The notes: generated by a model not told the origin, from the sequence alone. Positions 9,630-21,594 are shown, numbered from the stretch's first letter. The stretch: DNA of 64,000 nucleotides from an uncultured Alphaproteobacteria bacterium (GCA_944393235.1 CALXZJ010000005.1:214-64213); one strand, 5' to 3'. A program made the numbers and translations.

Positions 9630-10742
9630 TTATACATTAAACAAAAAGTTCATGATGTCGCCGTCCTGAACAATGTAATCTTTGCCTTCGGAGCGGATTT
9701 TGCCGGCTTCTTTGCAGGCTTGTTCGCCGCCCAAACGGACATAATCATCATACGAAATCGTTTCGGCACGGATAAAGCCTTTTTCAAAATCCGAGTGAAT
9801 AATGCCGGCGCATTGCGGCGCTTTGGAGCCTTTTAAAAATGTCCAGGCGCGCACTTCTTTGGGGCCGGCGGTAAAATAGGTTTGTAAGCCCAAAAGCTCG
9901 TATCCGGCGCGGATGATTTTGGCCAGACCGGTTTCTTCCAAGCCTAAACTTTGCAAAAATTCCTGTTTTTCTTCTGCCGAATCCAGTTGGGCGACTTCCG
10001 CTTCAATTTCGGCGGAGATAATGACCGCTTTGGCGTTTTCAGCCTCGGCTTTTTTGAATATGGCATCGGAAAATTTGTTGCCGCCGGCTGCCGAGCTTTC
10101 ATCAACGTTACAAACATACAATACCGGTTTGGAAGTTAAAAGCTGGAGCATTTTATATTGTTTGAAAGCGTCTTTTTCGGATGGGTCTGGTGCTGCGGTG
10201 CGTGCGGGCTTTCCGGCGCGCAGGGCGTTGATAACCGGTTCCATGACGGAAGCGCAGACTTTGGCTTCTTTATCACCGCCGGTTTGGGCTTTTTTCTTAA
10301 CCTGTTCAAAGCGCTTTTCCAAAGATTCCAAGTCGGCAATCATGAGTTCCGTTTCAACAATTTCAGCGTCGCGAATCGGGTCAACCGAGCCTTCAACATG
10401 GGTGATGTTGTCATCTTCAAAACAACGCAAAACATGAATGACGGCATCGGTTTCGCGGATGTTGGCTAAAAACTGGTTGCCCAGACCTTCGCCTTTGGAG
10501 GCGCCTTTAACTAAACCGGCAATATCCACAAATTCAAGCTGTGTCGGAACAATGTTTTTGGGTTTGACGATTTCGGCAAGCTTGTCAAGGCGCGAATCCG
10601 GCACGGCCACGCGACCGGTGTTCGGCTCAATGGTGCAGAAAGGAAAGTTTGCCGCCTGTGCGGCGATGGTTTGTGTTAAGGCGTTAAACAAGGTTGATTT
10701 GCCAACGTTCGGAAGGCCGACAATTCCACAATTAAAACCCAT
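9630..10742 (-). CDS. ychF: Ribosome-binding ATPase YchF
   Basis: [19 protein letters not shown]1 motif, TGS domain, 370 aa. Confidence 0.9.
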   Translation of the reverse strand: MGFNCGIVGLPNVGKSTLFNALTQTIAAQAANFPFCTIEPNTGRVAVPDSRLDKLAEIVKPKNIVPTQLEFVDIAGLVKGASKGEGLGNQFLANIRETDAVIHVLRCFEDDNITHVEGSVDPIRDAEIVETELMIADLESLEKRFEQVKKKAQTGGDKEAKVCASVMEPVINALRAGKPARTAAPDPSEKDAFKQYKMLQLLTSKPVLYVCNVDESSAAGGNKFSDAIFKKAEAENAKAVIISAEIEAEVAQLDSAEEKQEFLQSLGLEETGLAKIIRAGYELLGLQTYFTAGPKEVRAWTFLKGSKAPQCAGIIHSDFEKGFIRAETISYDDYVRLGGEQACKEAGKIRSEGKDYIVQDGDIMNFLFNV

Positions 10743-10758
10743 AATTAAAAACTCCTGT

Positions 10759-11331
10759 TTATTTTTTGGCAGCCATGCCCAAAAAGTTTGAACATGAAGC
10801 TACCCCGTTTTTGATTAAAACTTCCACGGCTTCCGGCATCAGAGAAATTTCTTGCTTGATGATGTCTTGCTCGGCTTTGGAAAAATGCCCCAAAACATAA
10901 TCAGCCACTTCAGGTCCTTTGCCGGCCGGATGTCCGACGCCGATGCGAATCCGGTTATAATCCGGTGTGATGTGCGAATCAATGCTTTTTAAACCGTTGT
11001 GTCCGCCGGCACCGCCGCCGCGTTTGGCTTTGAGCTGACCGACGCTTAAATCAATATCATCATGTATGACAATGATGTTTTCCGGTAAAATCTTATAAAA
11101 AAATGCTGCTTTGACGACGGCGTTGCCGGAAAGATTCATAAAAGTTTGCGGCTTAAGGAGCAAAACTTTTTCCCCGCCGATTTGCCCTTCGGCAACAAGC
11201 GCGTCGAATTTGTTTTTGAAACTTGAAAAATTATAGCGGCTGCATATCTCATCAGCCGCCATAAAACCAATGTTGTGGCGGGTATTGGCGTATTCTGCGC
11301 CGGGGTTTCCCAAACCTACCACTAAAAACAT
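10759..11331 (-). CDS. pth: Peptidyl-tRNA hydrolase
   Basis: [23 protein letters not shown] signature N-terminus, 190 aa. Confidence 0.9.
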   Translation of the reverse strand: MFLVVGLGNPGAEYANTRHNIGFMAADEICSRYNFSSFKNKFDALVAEGQIGGEKVLLLKPQTFMNLSGNAVVKAAFFYKILPENIIVIHDDIDLSVGQLKAKRGGGAGGHNGLKSIDSHITPDYNRIRIGVGHPAGKGPEVADYVLGHFSKAEQDIIKQEISLMPEAVEVLIKNGVASCSNFLGMAAKK

Positions 11332-11358
11332 TTTATTTTTGCCTTTTGATTATTTTTG

Positions 11359-11649
11359 TTATTTACGCAAAAAGTCAACGTGAATCGGCATATCGGAAAC
11401 CGGGTGGAATTGGACGTCTTGGCAGACAACTTTGGTGGTTTTGCCGTCAACGTCAACCAAAATTTCCGAATCATAAAAATCCGACAGGTTTAAAGCTTTT
11501 TCCAGCTCAACCGGATCAAGGCTGACCAAAACCGGATCTTTTTTGCCGCCGTAAATGACAGCCGGAACGCGTCCCTCACGACGACATGCACGAGCTGCCC
11601 CCTTACCTGCTTTCTCACGCTTTAATGCTTTAAAAGTAATTTCTGACAT
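11359..11649 (-). CDS. rplY: 50S ribosomal protein L25 (short form)
   Basis: 96 aa. GKGAARACRREGRVPAVIYGG aligns with E. coli L25. Conserved rplY-pth-ychF order. Confidence 0.8.
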   Translation of the reverse strand: MSEITFKALKREKAGKGAARACRREGRVPAVIYGGKKDPVLVSLDPVELEKALNLSDFYDSEILVDVDGKTTKVVCQDVQFHPVSDMPIHVDFLRK

Positions 11650-11797
11650 TTTATTATTCCTTATTATATTTTTTGAACAAATACCCTAACAGCCTCCAGG
11701 GGTGCCGTTAAAGTAAGGGATTCATACAACTTTATTTTTGGTTTTTCAAGTGATTTTTAACTATTGCCGCGTAAAATGCTGTTAAAAACAGGAGAAG

Positions 11798-12499
11798 ATG
11801 ATGATTTATGCCTTTTATGGACTGATTTTTGGTTTTTTAATTCCTTATATGGCGCGGCGATTTTCCAAATTTATGCCGGCAACACCGGGTTATGCTTTGT
11901 ATCATCTGGTATGGCCGGTCAAACGGGTGAAAAAAGAAAAGCGCGCGCAGTCGGCTGAATATCAGCGTTTGGTACGGCAATATCTGATGCGTTCAGTGGG
12001 TTGGGCAATTATTTCGGCCGCTTTGAGTTATGCCGCGTACAGCTGTTTTGACGGGATAAATGTTTGGTGGCTTTTGGTGCTTATTTGGATTTTGCTTTTG
12101 CTTTATGAAATTGATGAGCGGATGTTGCTGTTGCCGGATATTTTGACCGTGCCGTTGTTGATTTTGGGTTTTATGTTTGCCGCTATTGCCATGCCGGATG
12201 TTGATTATTACAGTATTTCGGCAGCGCATTTGAGTGCGCTGGGTGCGGCAGCAGGCTATGTTTTGCCGGTGTTGGCTTCGCTTTTGATTATCCGTAAATA
12301 TCCGGAAGCTTTTGGCGGCGGCGACATTAAATTGTTGGCGGCCAGCGGCGCATGGCTCGGACTTGGGGCGGTGCCGTATTTGATTTTGATTTCCTGCGTG
12401 GTGTTCGGCGCTTTTATGCTTATCCGACGCCAACGGGCAGGGGCTTTCGGTCCGGCAATTGTGATTGCCACTTTAATACTTGTATTTTTTAATGCTTAG
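11798..12499 (+). CDS. Prepilin peptidase (A24 family), short form without the N-terminal Zn-binding/methyltransferase-associated domain
   Basis: Both catalytic Asp motifs are present (LLLPD and GGGDIKLLAASGAWLG). Multi-TM, 233 aa, AGGAGAA RBS. Confidence 0.7.
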   Translation: MMIYAFYGLIFGFLIPYMARRFSKFMPATPGYALYHLVWPVKRVKKEKRAQSAEYQRLVRQYLMRSVGWAIISAALSYAAYSCFDGINVWWLLVLIWILLLLYEIDERMLLLPDILTVPLLILGFMFAAIAMPDVDYYSISAAHLSALGAAAGYVLPVLASLLIIRKYPEAFGGGDIKLLAASGAWLGLGAVPYLILISCVVFGAFMLIRRQRAGAFGPAIVIATLILVFFNA

Positions 12500-12539
12500 G
12501 TTATGATGAAAGCTATAATTTTTTACAAAGGGTGAAAAG

Positions 12540-13343
12540 ATGAAGAAAAATATTACAGAAAGCCGCGAAAGGGTTAAAAACTTTGTGGAAAGCCGCAATT
12601 TTGATATGTTTATCATGTCGCTTATTTGCTTGGATGCGGTGGTTTTTGGGTTGTTAACCTCAGATTATTTTAATGAGTTTTTCGGTAGTGTCCTGTTTAT
12701 TTTGGACAGGTTGTGTATGGCTATTTTTATTGTGGAAATGGTGATGAAACTTTATGTTTACGGGCATAAGTTTTTCAAATCGCGCTGGAATACGTTTGAT
12801 TTTACGGTGATTGCCGTTTCGTCGTTTTCATTTGCCAGCTATTTTATCGTGTTGCGGACGTTTAGGCTTTTCCGCTTGTTGAAATATATTGACCGTTTTT
12901 CAAAATTAAAACGTATCTTGACCGTGCTGGGCGCGCTGATGCCGAATTTTGTGGCGGCGCTGATGGTGTTTGCGGTTTTGATTTATGTGTTTGCTATTAT
13001 GGGTGTCAGTTTGTTTGGCGGCGTGTTTGTGGAATTTTCAACCTTGGGGGCATCGCTTTTTGCTTTGCTGCAAGTGTTTACGCTTGATGGTTGGGCAGAA
13101 GATATCGCGCGGCCGGTTATGGCGGTTTTTCCGCATGCGTGGTTGTTTTTTGCGGCGTATTTGTTGTTTTCGTTCTTATTGATGATAAGCTTTATTATGA
13201 GTGTGATTGATGAAGTTGTACATCGCGAACTTTTAAAGGAATCGGGAACAGAAGCTTTGAAAGCGCCAAAATCGGAAATGTTGCACATCAAAGCGCCGGC
13301 TAAAAAGAAAGCACCGGTCGCGCACCGGAAACCGATTAGGTAA
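12540..13343 (+). CDS. Single-domain voltage-gated cation channel (BacNaV/NaChBac-like, 6TM)
   Basis: S4 segment with Arg at every third position (RTFRLFRLLKYIDR). Pore motif FTLDGWAE. Confidence 0.7.
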   Translation: MKKNITESRERVKNFVESRNFDMFIMSLICLDAVVFGLLTSDYFNEFFGSVLFILDRLCMAIFIVEMVMKLYVYGHKFFKSRWNTFDFTVIAVSSFSFASYFIVLRTFRLFRLLKYIDRFSKLKRILTVLGALMPNFVAALMVFAVLIYVFAIMGVSLFGGVFVEFSTLGASLFALLQVFTLDGWAEDIARPVMAVFPHAWLFFAAYLLFSFLLMISFIMSVIDEVVHRELLKESGTEALKAPKSEMLHIKAPAKKKAPVAHRKPIR

Positions 13344-13357
13344 AGAAGCGCCAGGCA

Positions 13358-13395
13358 AAAGAAAACTCCCGACAGCACGGGAGTTTTCTTTTGGT
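13358..13395. terminator. Bidirectional terminator between the channel gene and the convergent 170-aa gene
   Basis: Hairpin aaaactcccg-acagca-cgggagtttt followed by a T-run. Confidence 0.6.
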
Positions 13396-13398
13396 TCA

Positions 13399-13911
13399 TT
13401 AGCGAACGATGTCGCACAGAAGTTTGAAAGCTTCTTTGGTTTGAGCATCATAGAGATAGTGTTTATCTCCATAGAGTACCGAAACTGTTAAAAACCAGCG
13501 TAAATCCGCTTTGTCCGGACAACTTTCCGGTGAGGCACACAGCCGGATGATTTCCGTTTCCAACTGATTGACTCGATGTTCCAGTTTCCCGCGTTCGGTA
13601 ATAACGGATCCGTCATGCAAGACAAGTTGGATTTTTGCATAAGTGCTGATTTTTTTGTTTTTTACAAGAGGAAGAATTTCCTGTACTTGTAATTTGCTCA
13701 ACAGACGAAAACTTTGTCTCCGGCGTTTGGAAATATCATTTTCCAAACTTGTCACATAGTGACATGTCCGCCCTCTTTTTTGGATGTTTGCAACCCAGTC
13801 TTCCTTGGTTTTGTAATCGCTGGTTTGTAGAAACAATGTAACGGTTGTTTCAGAAAAGATTTTTTCGCCACCTAAAGCTGTACAAGCTTGTTTTTTTGCT
13901 GTGTAGTTCAT
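13399..13911 (-). CDS. Hypothetical protein (170 aa)
   Basis: Intact ORF between the terminator and the groES upstream region. No recognisable motif. Confidence 0.4.
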   Translation of the reverse strand: MNYTAKKQACTALGGEKIFSETTVTLFLQTSDYKTKEDWVANIQKRGRTCHYVTSLENDISKRRRQSFRLLSKLQVQEILPLVKNKKISTYAKIQLVLHDGSVITERGKLEHRVNQLETEIIRLCASPESCPDKADLRWFLTVSVLYGDKHYLYDAQTKEAFKLLCDIVR

Positions 13912-14063
13912 AATTTAATAAAAATAAGTTAGATGAAAGTATTGTAGCTTTTAATGATTTTTTGTCAATAAAAATGTTTGCAGAAAATATGTTAGACTTC
14001 TTGACAATAGCGTTTGTAAACACTAACTAAGGTATTAGTTAAAAATCAAGAAAGGAAAAAACA

Positions 14064-14351
14064 ATGAAAATTAAACCTTTACATGACAGAGTTTTGGTTC
14101 GCCGCTTGGATGAAGTTACCAAGACAAACGGCGGAATTATCATTCCGGATACGGCTAAAGAAAAGCCTTCAGAGGGTGTTGTGGAAGCCGTTGGGACGGG
14201 TCGAGTCGCACCGGACGGCAAAGTTGTTGCGATGACAGTTAAAGTCGGCGATAAAGTTTTGTTCGGCAAATATGCCGGAACGGAAGTCAAAATTGATGGT
14301 GAAAGCCGTTTGATGATTAGAGAAGACGATATTTTGGCAATTGTAGAATAA
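14064..14351 (+). CDS. groES: Co-chaperonin GroES
   Basis: 95 aa starting [14 protein letters not shown]. Immediately upstream of groEL. Confidence 0.95.
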   Translation: MKIKPLHDRVLVRRLDEVTKTNGGIIIPDTAKEKPSEGVVEAVGTGRVAPDGKVVAMTVKVGDKVLFGKYAGTEVKIDGESRLMIREDDILAIVE

Positions 14352-14362
14352 GGAAAGGATAA

Positions 14363-16015
<1,653 letters not shown>

Positions 16016-16166
16016 AACCAGGTTATTATTTATAAAAAATGCCTCTGTTTTTTGCAGAGGTGTTTTTTTTATAAAATTTTAATAAAAATATGTTGACAAA
16101 AAATTGTTTTTGTATAAATATCGGAGGTGATATTGATTTTTATGTTTAATTATTTTAATTTTTTAT

Positions 16167-16376
16167 ATGGAAGAAAGAGAATATTATGTCGCGCAAGCGC
16201 ACTCAATTAGAGAGTTAGAAAAACAAGTCAACGAGAAGTTAAAAGAAAAATGGGATTGCTACGGTAATCTTGTTGTTGTTGGCGGCGGCTATCAAATTCT
16301 TTACTGTCAGGCTATGATCATAAGACGAAGTGTGGCTGCAAGACAGGGAGAAAAGCGAAATATAAGGCAAATTTGA
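16167..16376 (+). CDS. Small hypothetical protein (69 aa)
   Basis: ORF between groEL and a terminator. No clear RBS. Weak call. Confidence 0.3.
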   Translation: MEEREYYVAQAHSIRELEKQVNEKLKEKWDCYGNLVVVGGGYQILYCQAMIIRRSVAARQGEKRNIRQI

Positions 16377-16387
16377 CCTTATCTGTT

Positions 16388-16430
16388 AACAAAAAGAATC
16401 CTGCCAATAAGGCAGGATTCTTTTTGTTTG
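16388..16430. terminator. Bidirectional terminator (serves as hppA 3' end)
   Basis: Hairpin gaatcctgcc-aataa-ggcaggattc with flanking A- and T-runs. Confidence 0.6.
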
Positions 16431-16440
16431 TTGTATGAGT

Positions 16441-18876
16441 TTAATCTTTGGCTGCCGGTTCAATCCGCATAGCGTAGAACGAACGCCATACGAACACCAG
16501 ACCCAGCAGGAAGAAGAAAATTCCCAGCCCGGCTGAAACGCAAGCCGGTGCTTTGGCTGCCATTTCAACAGCCAGCAATCCGAATAACGTTGTGAATTTG
16601 ATGATCGGATTTAAGGCAACTGAGGAGGTGTCTTTATATGGATCACCGACCGTGTCACCGACAACGGCGGCATCGTGTAAAGGCGTGCCTTTTTCTTCCA
16701 AATCAACCTCAACTACTTTTTTGGCATTATCCCATGCGCCGCCGGCGTTAGCCATATATAACGCTTGGAAAAGCCCGAAGATGGCAATTGAAATCAGATA
16801 GCTGGCGAACAGGTTGGCATCAAAGCAGGCAAATGCTATCGTGAACGAGAAGATAACGATAAAGATGTTGAACATGCCTTTTTGCGCATAAATCGTGCAA
16901 ATACGGACAACATTTTTCGAATCTTCAACCGAAGCGGCTTTTTTGCCATCTAAGTGAATATGCTTTTTGATATAATTGACTGCGCGATAAGCACCGGCCG
17001 AGACCGCTTGCATGGAAGCGCCCGAGAACCAGTAAATAACGGCGCCGCCCAAAATCAACCCGAACAAAACATATGGATCAAGCAGATTTAAGGACAGATT
17101 TAACAACAAGATGATTGAGAAAATCATTGTTGTTGCACCGATAACCGCTGTGCCGATTAAAACCGGTTTGGCTGTTGCCTTAAAGGTGTTGCCAGCCGAA
17201 TCGTTTTCTTCCAACAGGTGTTTACCGACTTCAAAATTCGGTTCAAAGCCATAGTCGTCTTTGATTTCTTTTTTGATACCTTTGATTTGTTCAATTTGTG
17301 AAAGCTCAAAAACGGATTGGGCGTTGTCAGTTACCGGGCCATACGAATCGACAGCGATGGTGACCGGCCCCATGCCGAGCATACCGAAAGCTACCAGACC
17401 AAAGGCGAAGACGGTCGGATAAACCATGTAAGAATCCAAGCCTTCACAAGCTGTGAAAAAGGCAATGACCATTAAACCCACCATCACAATTCCTTGCCAG
17501 AAGGCTGAGAAATTACCGGCGACAATACCGGAGATGATGTTTAATGATGCACCGGCTTCACGGCTGGCATTGACAACTTCTTCAACATGTTTTGATTTTG
17601 AAGAGGTGAAAATCTTGGTAAATTCCGGGATAAGCGCAGCGGCTAATGTTCCGCAGCTGATGATGGTTGAAAGTTTCCACCACAAATCCGGTCCGAATAC
17701 TTCACGGTCAATCATAACATAAGAAACGCCGAAAGTAACCAAAATGGAAATAATGGATGTAAGCCATACCAAGCTGGTTAAAGGTGTTTCAAAGTTGAAT
17801 TTTTCTTTGTTGCCGAAGCGGACTTTGGAAATCCAGTTGTTTAAAGCATAAGAACAAATGGAAGTTAAAATCATCAGCACGCGCATGGTGAAAATCCAGG
17901 TAATCAGGCGGGCTTGAATGTCAATGCCGTTTTGCATTGCAACCAAACTGCCGTCAGAAGTATACATCATGCCGGCACCCAAAACGATGAAACTGATTAA
18001 AGCCACACCGGTAACGCCGTAGGTTTCAAAACCGTCAGCGGTCGGGCCAACAGAATCGCCGGCATTGTCGCCGGTGCAATCAGCAATCACGCCGGGGTTG
18101 CGGGCATCGTCTTCATCAATTTTGAAAATAATTTTCATCAAGTCGGCGCCGATATCGGCAATTTTGGTGAAAATGCCGCCGCAAATGCGCAAAGCTGAGG
18201 CGCCTAAAGATTCACCAATGGCGAATCCGATAAAGCAGGCACCGGCGTTGTCGCGCGGAACAAACAAAAGAATGAAAATCATCATAATCAGTTCAACGCA
18301 AATCAGAAGTACGCCGATGGACATGCCCGAATGCAACGGCAAGTTCATGACCGGAAAAGCCTTGCCTTTAAGTGAGGCAAAAGAAGTGCGGGCGTTGGCA
18401 TAAGTGTTGATGCGCATGCCAAACCAGGCAACCGTAAAGGAGCCCAAAATACCCAAAATCGACCATAATAAGATATTTAAAACTTTGGGTAGAGGAACTT
18501 CGTTTAAATAAAAGAAGTAGTAGAAAATGCAAACGGCAATGAAACATTCTAAAATCAGCAGAAGAACAGCTTGTTGTTTCATATAAGTTTTGCAGGTGGT
18601 GTATATGGTTTCTGCAACGTTAACCATGGCTTTGTGCGCCGGAAGATTTTTAATCTTTATAAATTCATAAAGACCAAAAAGCATGCCGAGTACGCATATA
18701 AACATACCGGTAAGCAAAATGTGCGAGCCGGTAATGCTAAAGCCAAAAATGTCAAAGGCAACATCAAGCGAGGGAATGTGCAAATCAATTTCCGAGGCTT
18801 GTGCGTCTTTGAACAGAAAAAGCATAGAAAATAAAGCAGCGATGGCGGCTTTACTTAATTTATTTATTTTCAGCAT
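16441..18876 (-). CDS. hppA: Membrane-bound proton-translocating pyrophosphatase
   Basis: About 16 TM helices. Pyrophosphatase motif GVIADCTGDNAGDSVGPTADGFETY. 811 aa; start codon uncertain. Confidence 0.85.
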   Translation of the reverse strand: MLKINKLSKAAIAALFSMLFLFKDAQASEIDLHIPSLDVAFDIFGFSITGSHILLTGMFICVLGMLFGLYEFIKIKNLPAHKAMVNVAETIYTTCKTYMKQQAVLLLILECFIAVCIFYYFFYLNEVPLPKVLNILLWSILGILGSFTVAWFGMRINTYANARTSFASLKGKAFPVMNLPLHSGMSIGVLLICVELIMMIFILLFVPRDNAGACFIGFAIGESLGASALRICGGIFTKIADIGADLMKIIFKIDEDDARNPGVIADCTGDNAGDSVGPTADGFETYGVTGVALISFIVLGAGMMYTSDGSLVAMQNGIDIQARLITWIFTMRVLMILTSICSYALNNWISKVRFGNKEKFNFETPLTSLVWLTSIISILVTFGVSYVMIDREVFGPDLWWKLSTIISCGTLAAALIPEFTKIFTSSKSKHVEEVVNASREAGASLNIISGIVAGNFSAFWQGIVMVGLMVIAFFTACEGLDSYMVYPTVFAFGLVAFGMLGMGPVTIAVDSYGPVTDNAQSVFELSQIEQIKGIKKEIKDDYGFEPNFEVGKHLLEENDSAGNTFKATAKPVLIGTAVIGATTMIFSIILLLNLSLNLLDPYVLFGLILGGAVIYWFSGASMQAVSAGAYRAVNYIKKHIHLDGKKAASVEDSKNVVRICTIYAQKGMFNIFIVIFSFTIAFACFDANLFASYLISIAIFGLFQALYMANAGGAWDNAKKVVEVDLEEKGTPLHDAAVVGDTVGDPYKDTSSVALNPIIKFTTLFGLLAVEMAAKAPACVSAGLGIFFFLLGLVFVWRSFYAMRIEPAAKD

Positions 18877-19059
18877 AATACATCCTTTGTAAAAGTGGGT
18901 TATACCCGCATCAAAAGTTTTGTCTGACGATACGGGTTTATGGGTATATCTTAAAGGGCTTATTCTAAAGAATCTATTAAATTTTTCAGGATATTAACCA
19001 TCTGTTTTTATTCGAAAATAAAAAAAACGGCAAAGAGCCGTTTGTGGTTGATATGATTG

Positions 19060-19872
19060 TTATAAAACATTACCGACGTTTACTTGCTCGACATCAAAAT
19101 AGAGCCGGCCTTCGTTATCTTTAATATCGGGATCAGCGCCTGATTTTATGAGAAGAGAAACAATATCGTCATTGCCGCTTGAGGCTGCATAAAAAAGAGC
19201 TGTTTTACCATCTTTGTCGGTTTTGTTTAAATCTGCGCCGGCGTTAATAAGAAGCTGAACAATCTCTAAATTCCACGCATTGGTTGATGCGTTCATTAAA
19301 GGAGTGCCAAGCGTGCTATCGAGGTTAACATCTGCCCCGGCGTCAATAAGCATTTGAGCCAGAGCTTTCATGCGGCTCATTTCAAGAAAAAGATTTTCTT
19401 TTAATTTGTCTTGGATTTCAGGGTTGCTGACATCCAGTCCCATTGTTTTCATCATCATAATTTGTAGTTGCAATTCGTTGGCTTTGGAAGTGGCTACATT
19501 TAACGGAATCATACCGTTTTTTGCCGGCATGTTGACATCAGCGCCGTATTCTATGGCTTTTTTAGCAACATTTAAGTCCGGATTGCGGGTTAAAAGATAA
19601 TATAAGACTGGATTGCCGGCAGAATCTTTGGTATTAAAATCAAAATTTTGTTTTTTTAACATTTCAATGCTGTCAAGGTTGGCTTCTGACATTTGCTTTT
19701 CCAAATCGGAATTTTGGTCTGCCTTCGGCATTGAAACGGTAGCACTTCCTTCTTTGGGAGACGGAGCAGCTGCGGTTTCAACAGCAGCAGGGGCATTGCT
19801 ATTGTTTTCCTGTGCGGAAACGGAAATTGCAAAAGTTAAACAAAAAATACTTAAGACGAATTTATACAACAT
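19060..19872 (-). CDS. Secreted ankyrin-repeat protein
   Basis: N-terminal signal peptide followed by several ANK repeats (e.g. NAGADLNKTDKDGKTALFYAASSGNDDIVSLLIKSGADPD). Confidence 0.8.
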   Translation of the reverse strand: MLYKFVLSIFCLTFAISVSAQENNSNAPAAVETAAAPSPKEGSATVSMPKADQNSDLEKQMSEANLDSIEMLKKQNFDFNTKDSAGNPVLYYLLTRNPDLNVAKKAIEYGADVNMPAKNGMIPLNVATSKANELQLQIMMMKTMGLDVSNPEIQDKLKENLFLEMSRMKALAQMLIDAGADVNLDSTLGTPLMNASTNAWNLEIVQLLINAGADLNKTDKDGKTALFYAASSGNDDIVSLLIKSGADPDIKDNEGRLYFDVEQVNVGNVL

Positions 19873-19876
19873 AATT

Positions 19877-20230
19877 TTATTCTCCCGTTGAAGTTTGGCG
19901 CGTGTAATTAAGAACGGTATTGCCGAAATGCAGTTTCAGGTTATGCTCATCAAGCTGCTGTATTTCAAATTCTTCCTTGATGGTGATGGTTCTGCCGTTG
20001 CCGATGCTTTGCCCGGTCAGGGTAAGAATATTTCCCTCCCGCTGCCAGCCGGTGTACAGCAATGTATGCATATTAACCGATTGGGCGCTGCCGTCTTTAT
20101 TTAACGTTATGCCCTGAAGCTTGTCTTCCATTCCGGGAATCGGTTGAACCCAGGTGCCGATGATTTTATCTTTTGTGCAGCCATTTAAAATGAAGAATGC
20201 TGTTATTAGCATAAAAATAAGTTTTTTCAT
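19877..20230 (-). CDS. Small lipoprotein
   Basis: Lipobox LNGC after a signal peptide. 117 aa. Confidence 0.6.
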   Translation of the reverse strand: MKKLIFMLITAFFILNGCTKDKIIGTWVQPIPGMEDKLQGITLNKDGSAQSVNMHTLLYTGWQREGNILTLTGQSIGNGRTITIKEEFEIQQLDEHNLKLHFGNTVLNYTRQTSTGE

Positions 20231-20486
20231 AGTGTGTGCCTTGCTTAATATTTATGCATTAAGCATAATCATTTTTGTTGATTTTGCAAGTTAAAATAAT
20301 CAATCAGCATATATTATACCAAAATGTCCGGCACTGGTACGGTGTTTTTTATTTATGGTGTTAAGTAATTGTGTTGGGAAAAAATTAAAGAGAAAATCTG
20401 TTGTATAAGATGAAAATTTTGTCGTATTATTTTATATTTGTGGTATTTTAGACGAATAATTAAACATAAAATAGCGAAGTAGTGTT

Positions 20487-21011
20487 ATGAAAAAGGAATT
20501 GAAAGCTTTTTTGATTGCCGCGTTGTTAATTGCCGGCGGAATTGGTTTATATTTATCAAGGAATTTGGAATTTTTTCATCATCGGGAGAGCCTGTCTAAT
20601 GAAAAAGTTTCTTCAAAGTATGTGACAATGGCGGACTTTTCTTTGTTTGCCGGAGAATGGGTTGATTTGGCCGGTGTTTTTGACGGCGTGGTGAGGTTTG
20701 TGGAGATTAAGACCAAGCCGGGTTCTTTTCATAACCATGCTTTGGCGGTTTATGATGATAATCGGCATGGTTTTGTCTGTTTCCCGGAAAAAGAACCAAC
20801 ATTTTATTGTCTGCCTGTTATTTTTAACAAATCAGAATTGTCGCCGAATGACCGGTTTGATGAGGTTATCAGCGGCGGTTTTTCCGAACAGCTTTTGGCA
20901 GGGGTTTTTAACTTGAGTCCGGAGGAAGAATTAACGTTTGTCGGAAAACTGCTTATGGTAGAAAATTCTGCAGAAACGGTGTTGGCAAGATTGAGAAAGC
21001 AGCACAAATAA
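20487..21011 (+). CDS. Hypothetical membrane-anchored protein
   Basis: N-terminal TM/signal anchor. 174 aa. Confidence 0.45.
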   Translation: MKKELKAFLIAALLIAGGIGLYLSRNLEFFHHRESLSNEKVSSKYVTMADFSLFAGEWVDLAGVFDGVVRFVEIKTKPGSFHNHALAVYDDNRHGFVCFPEKEPTFYCLPVIFNKSELSPNDRFDEVISGGFSEQLLAGVFNLSPEEELTFVGKLLMVENSAETVLARLRKQHK

Positions 21012-21366
21012 AAGGTTGGGTGCTTTGGCGGGGATCTTTGCTTGTTTTCTAGTTTCGCTTCGTGGCGCTGCCGCTTCTCGCTCAACAAGAAAACTGCACT
21101 GCTCACAACGAAAAGTGACATTTAGTCACTTTTCTATCGGTTTGCGCGTCTTAAGGTTCGCTCCCCAAAATCAAATATGCCATCAAAAAACCTCCCGTTA
21201 AGGGAGGTTTTGGCGTCTAGCTTCGTAAGGCTCGCGTTAGAACGCTTGCCAACTGCGCTTCGGTCATAGACATTCAGCCATTCGCCGCGGTTGCTGCCGC
21301 CGCCCTTACTCATGGTGAATGTCTATCTACGCCATTAAAAAAAGCACCGTTAGGTGCTTTTTTTAA

Positions 21367-21443
21367 TGGCGTACCCGGCGGGGATCGAACCCACAACCTT
21401 CGGCGTCGGAGGCCGACACTCTATCCAATTGAGCTACGGGTAC
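21367..21443 (-). tRNA. tRNA-Arg (anticodon CCG)
   Basis: Cloverleaf folded by hand. Acceptor GTACCCG, anticodon stem TCGGC/GCCGA, loop CTCCGAC, T-loop GGTTCGATCC, 3' CCA encoded. Confidence 0.85.
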
Positions 21444-21521
21444 ATTCTTAATTGCTACACCCTTTTATACTATTTTATTTTATATTGCTAGTATTTTTTT
21501 AAGTTTTTTTAATAATTTTGC

Positions 21522-21550
21522 TTGACTTGTCAACTAAATGTATGTATTAA
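21522..21550 (+). promoter_or_regulatory. Candidate sigma70 promoter of rpmB
   Basis: TTGACT, 17-bp spacer, TATTAA, about 45 bp upstream of the rpmB ATG. Confidence 0.35.
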
Positions 21551-21594
21551 CAAGCAACAAGATTGTTGTTTGTTTGAATAAAAGGATAATTAAA

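Noticed and set aside
9913-10437. 174-aa ORF antisense to ychF
   Set aside because: Shadow ORF inside ychF.
16386-16568. 60-aa ORF overlapping the hppA 3' end and terminator
   Set aside because: Overlaps a confidently called gene and a terminator hairpin.
21150-21313. 57-aa minus-strand ORF (MSKGGGSNRGEW...) downstream of tRNA-Arg
   Set aside because: Reads straight through two terminator hairpins, is below the size threshold and has no RBS. More likely structured non-coding DNA.
21538-21594. N-terminal extension of the rpmB ORF
   Set aside because: The canonical L28 N-terminus MARKCD begins at 21595 with a good RBS. The upstream ATG lies inside the promoter.
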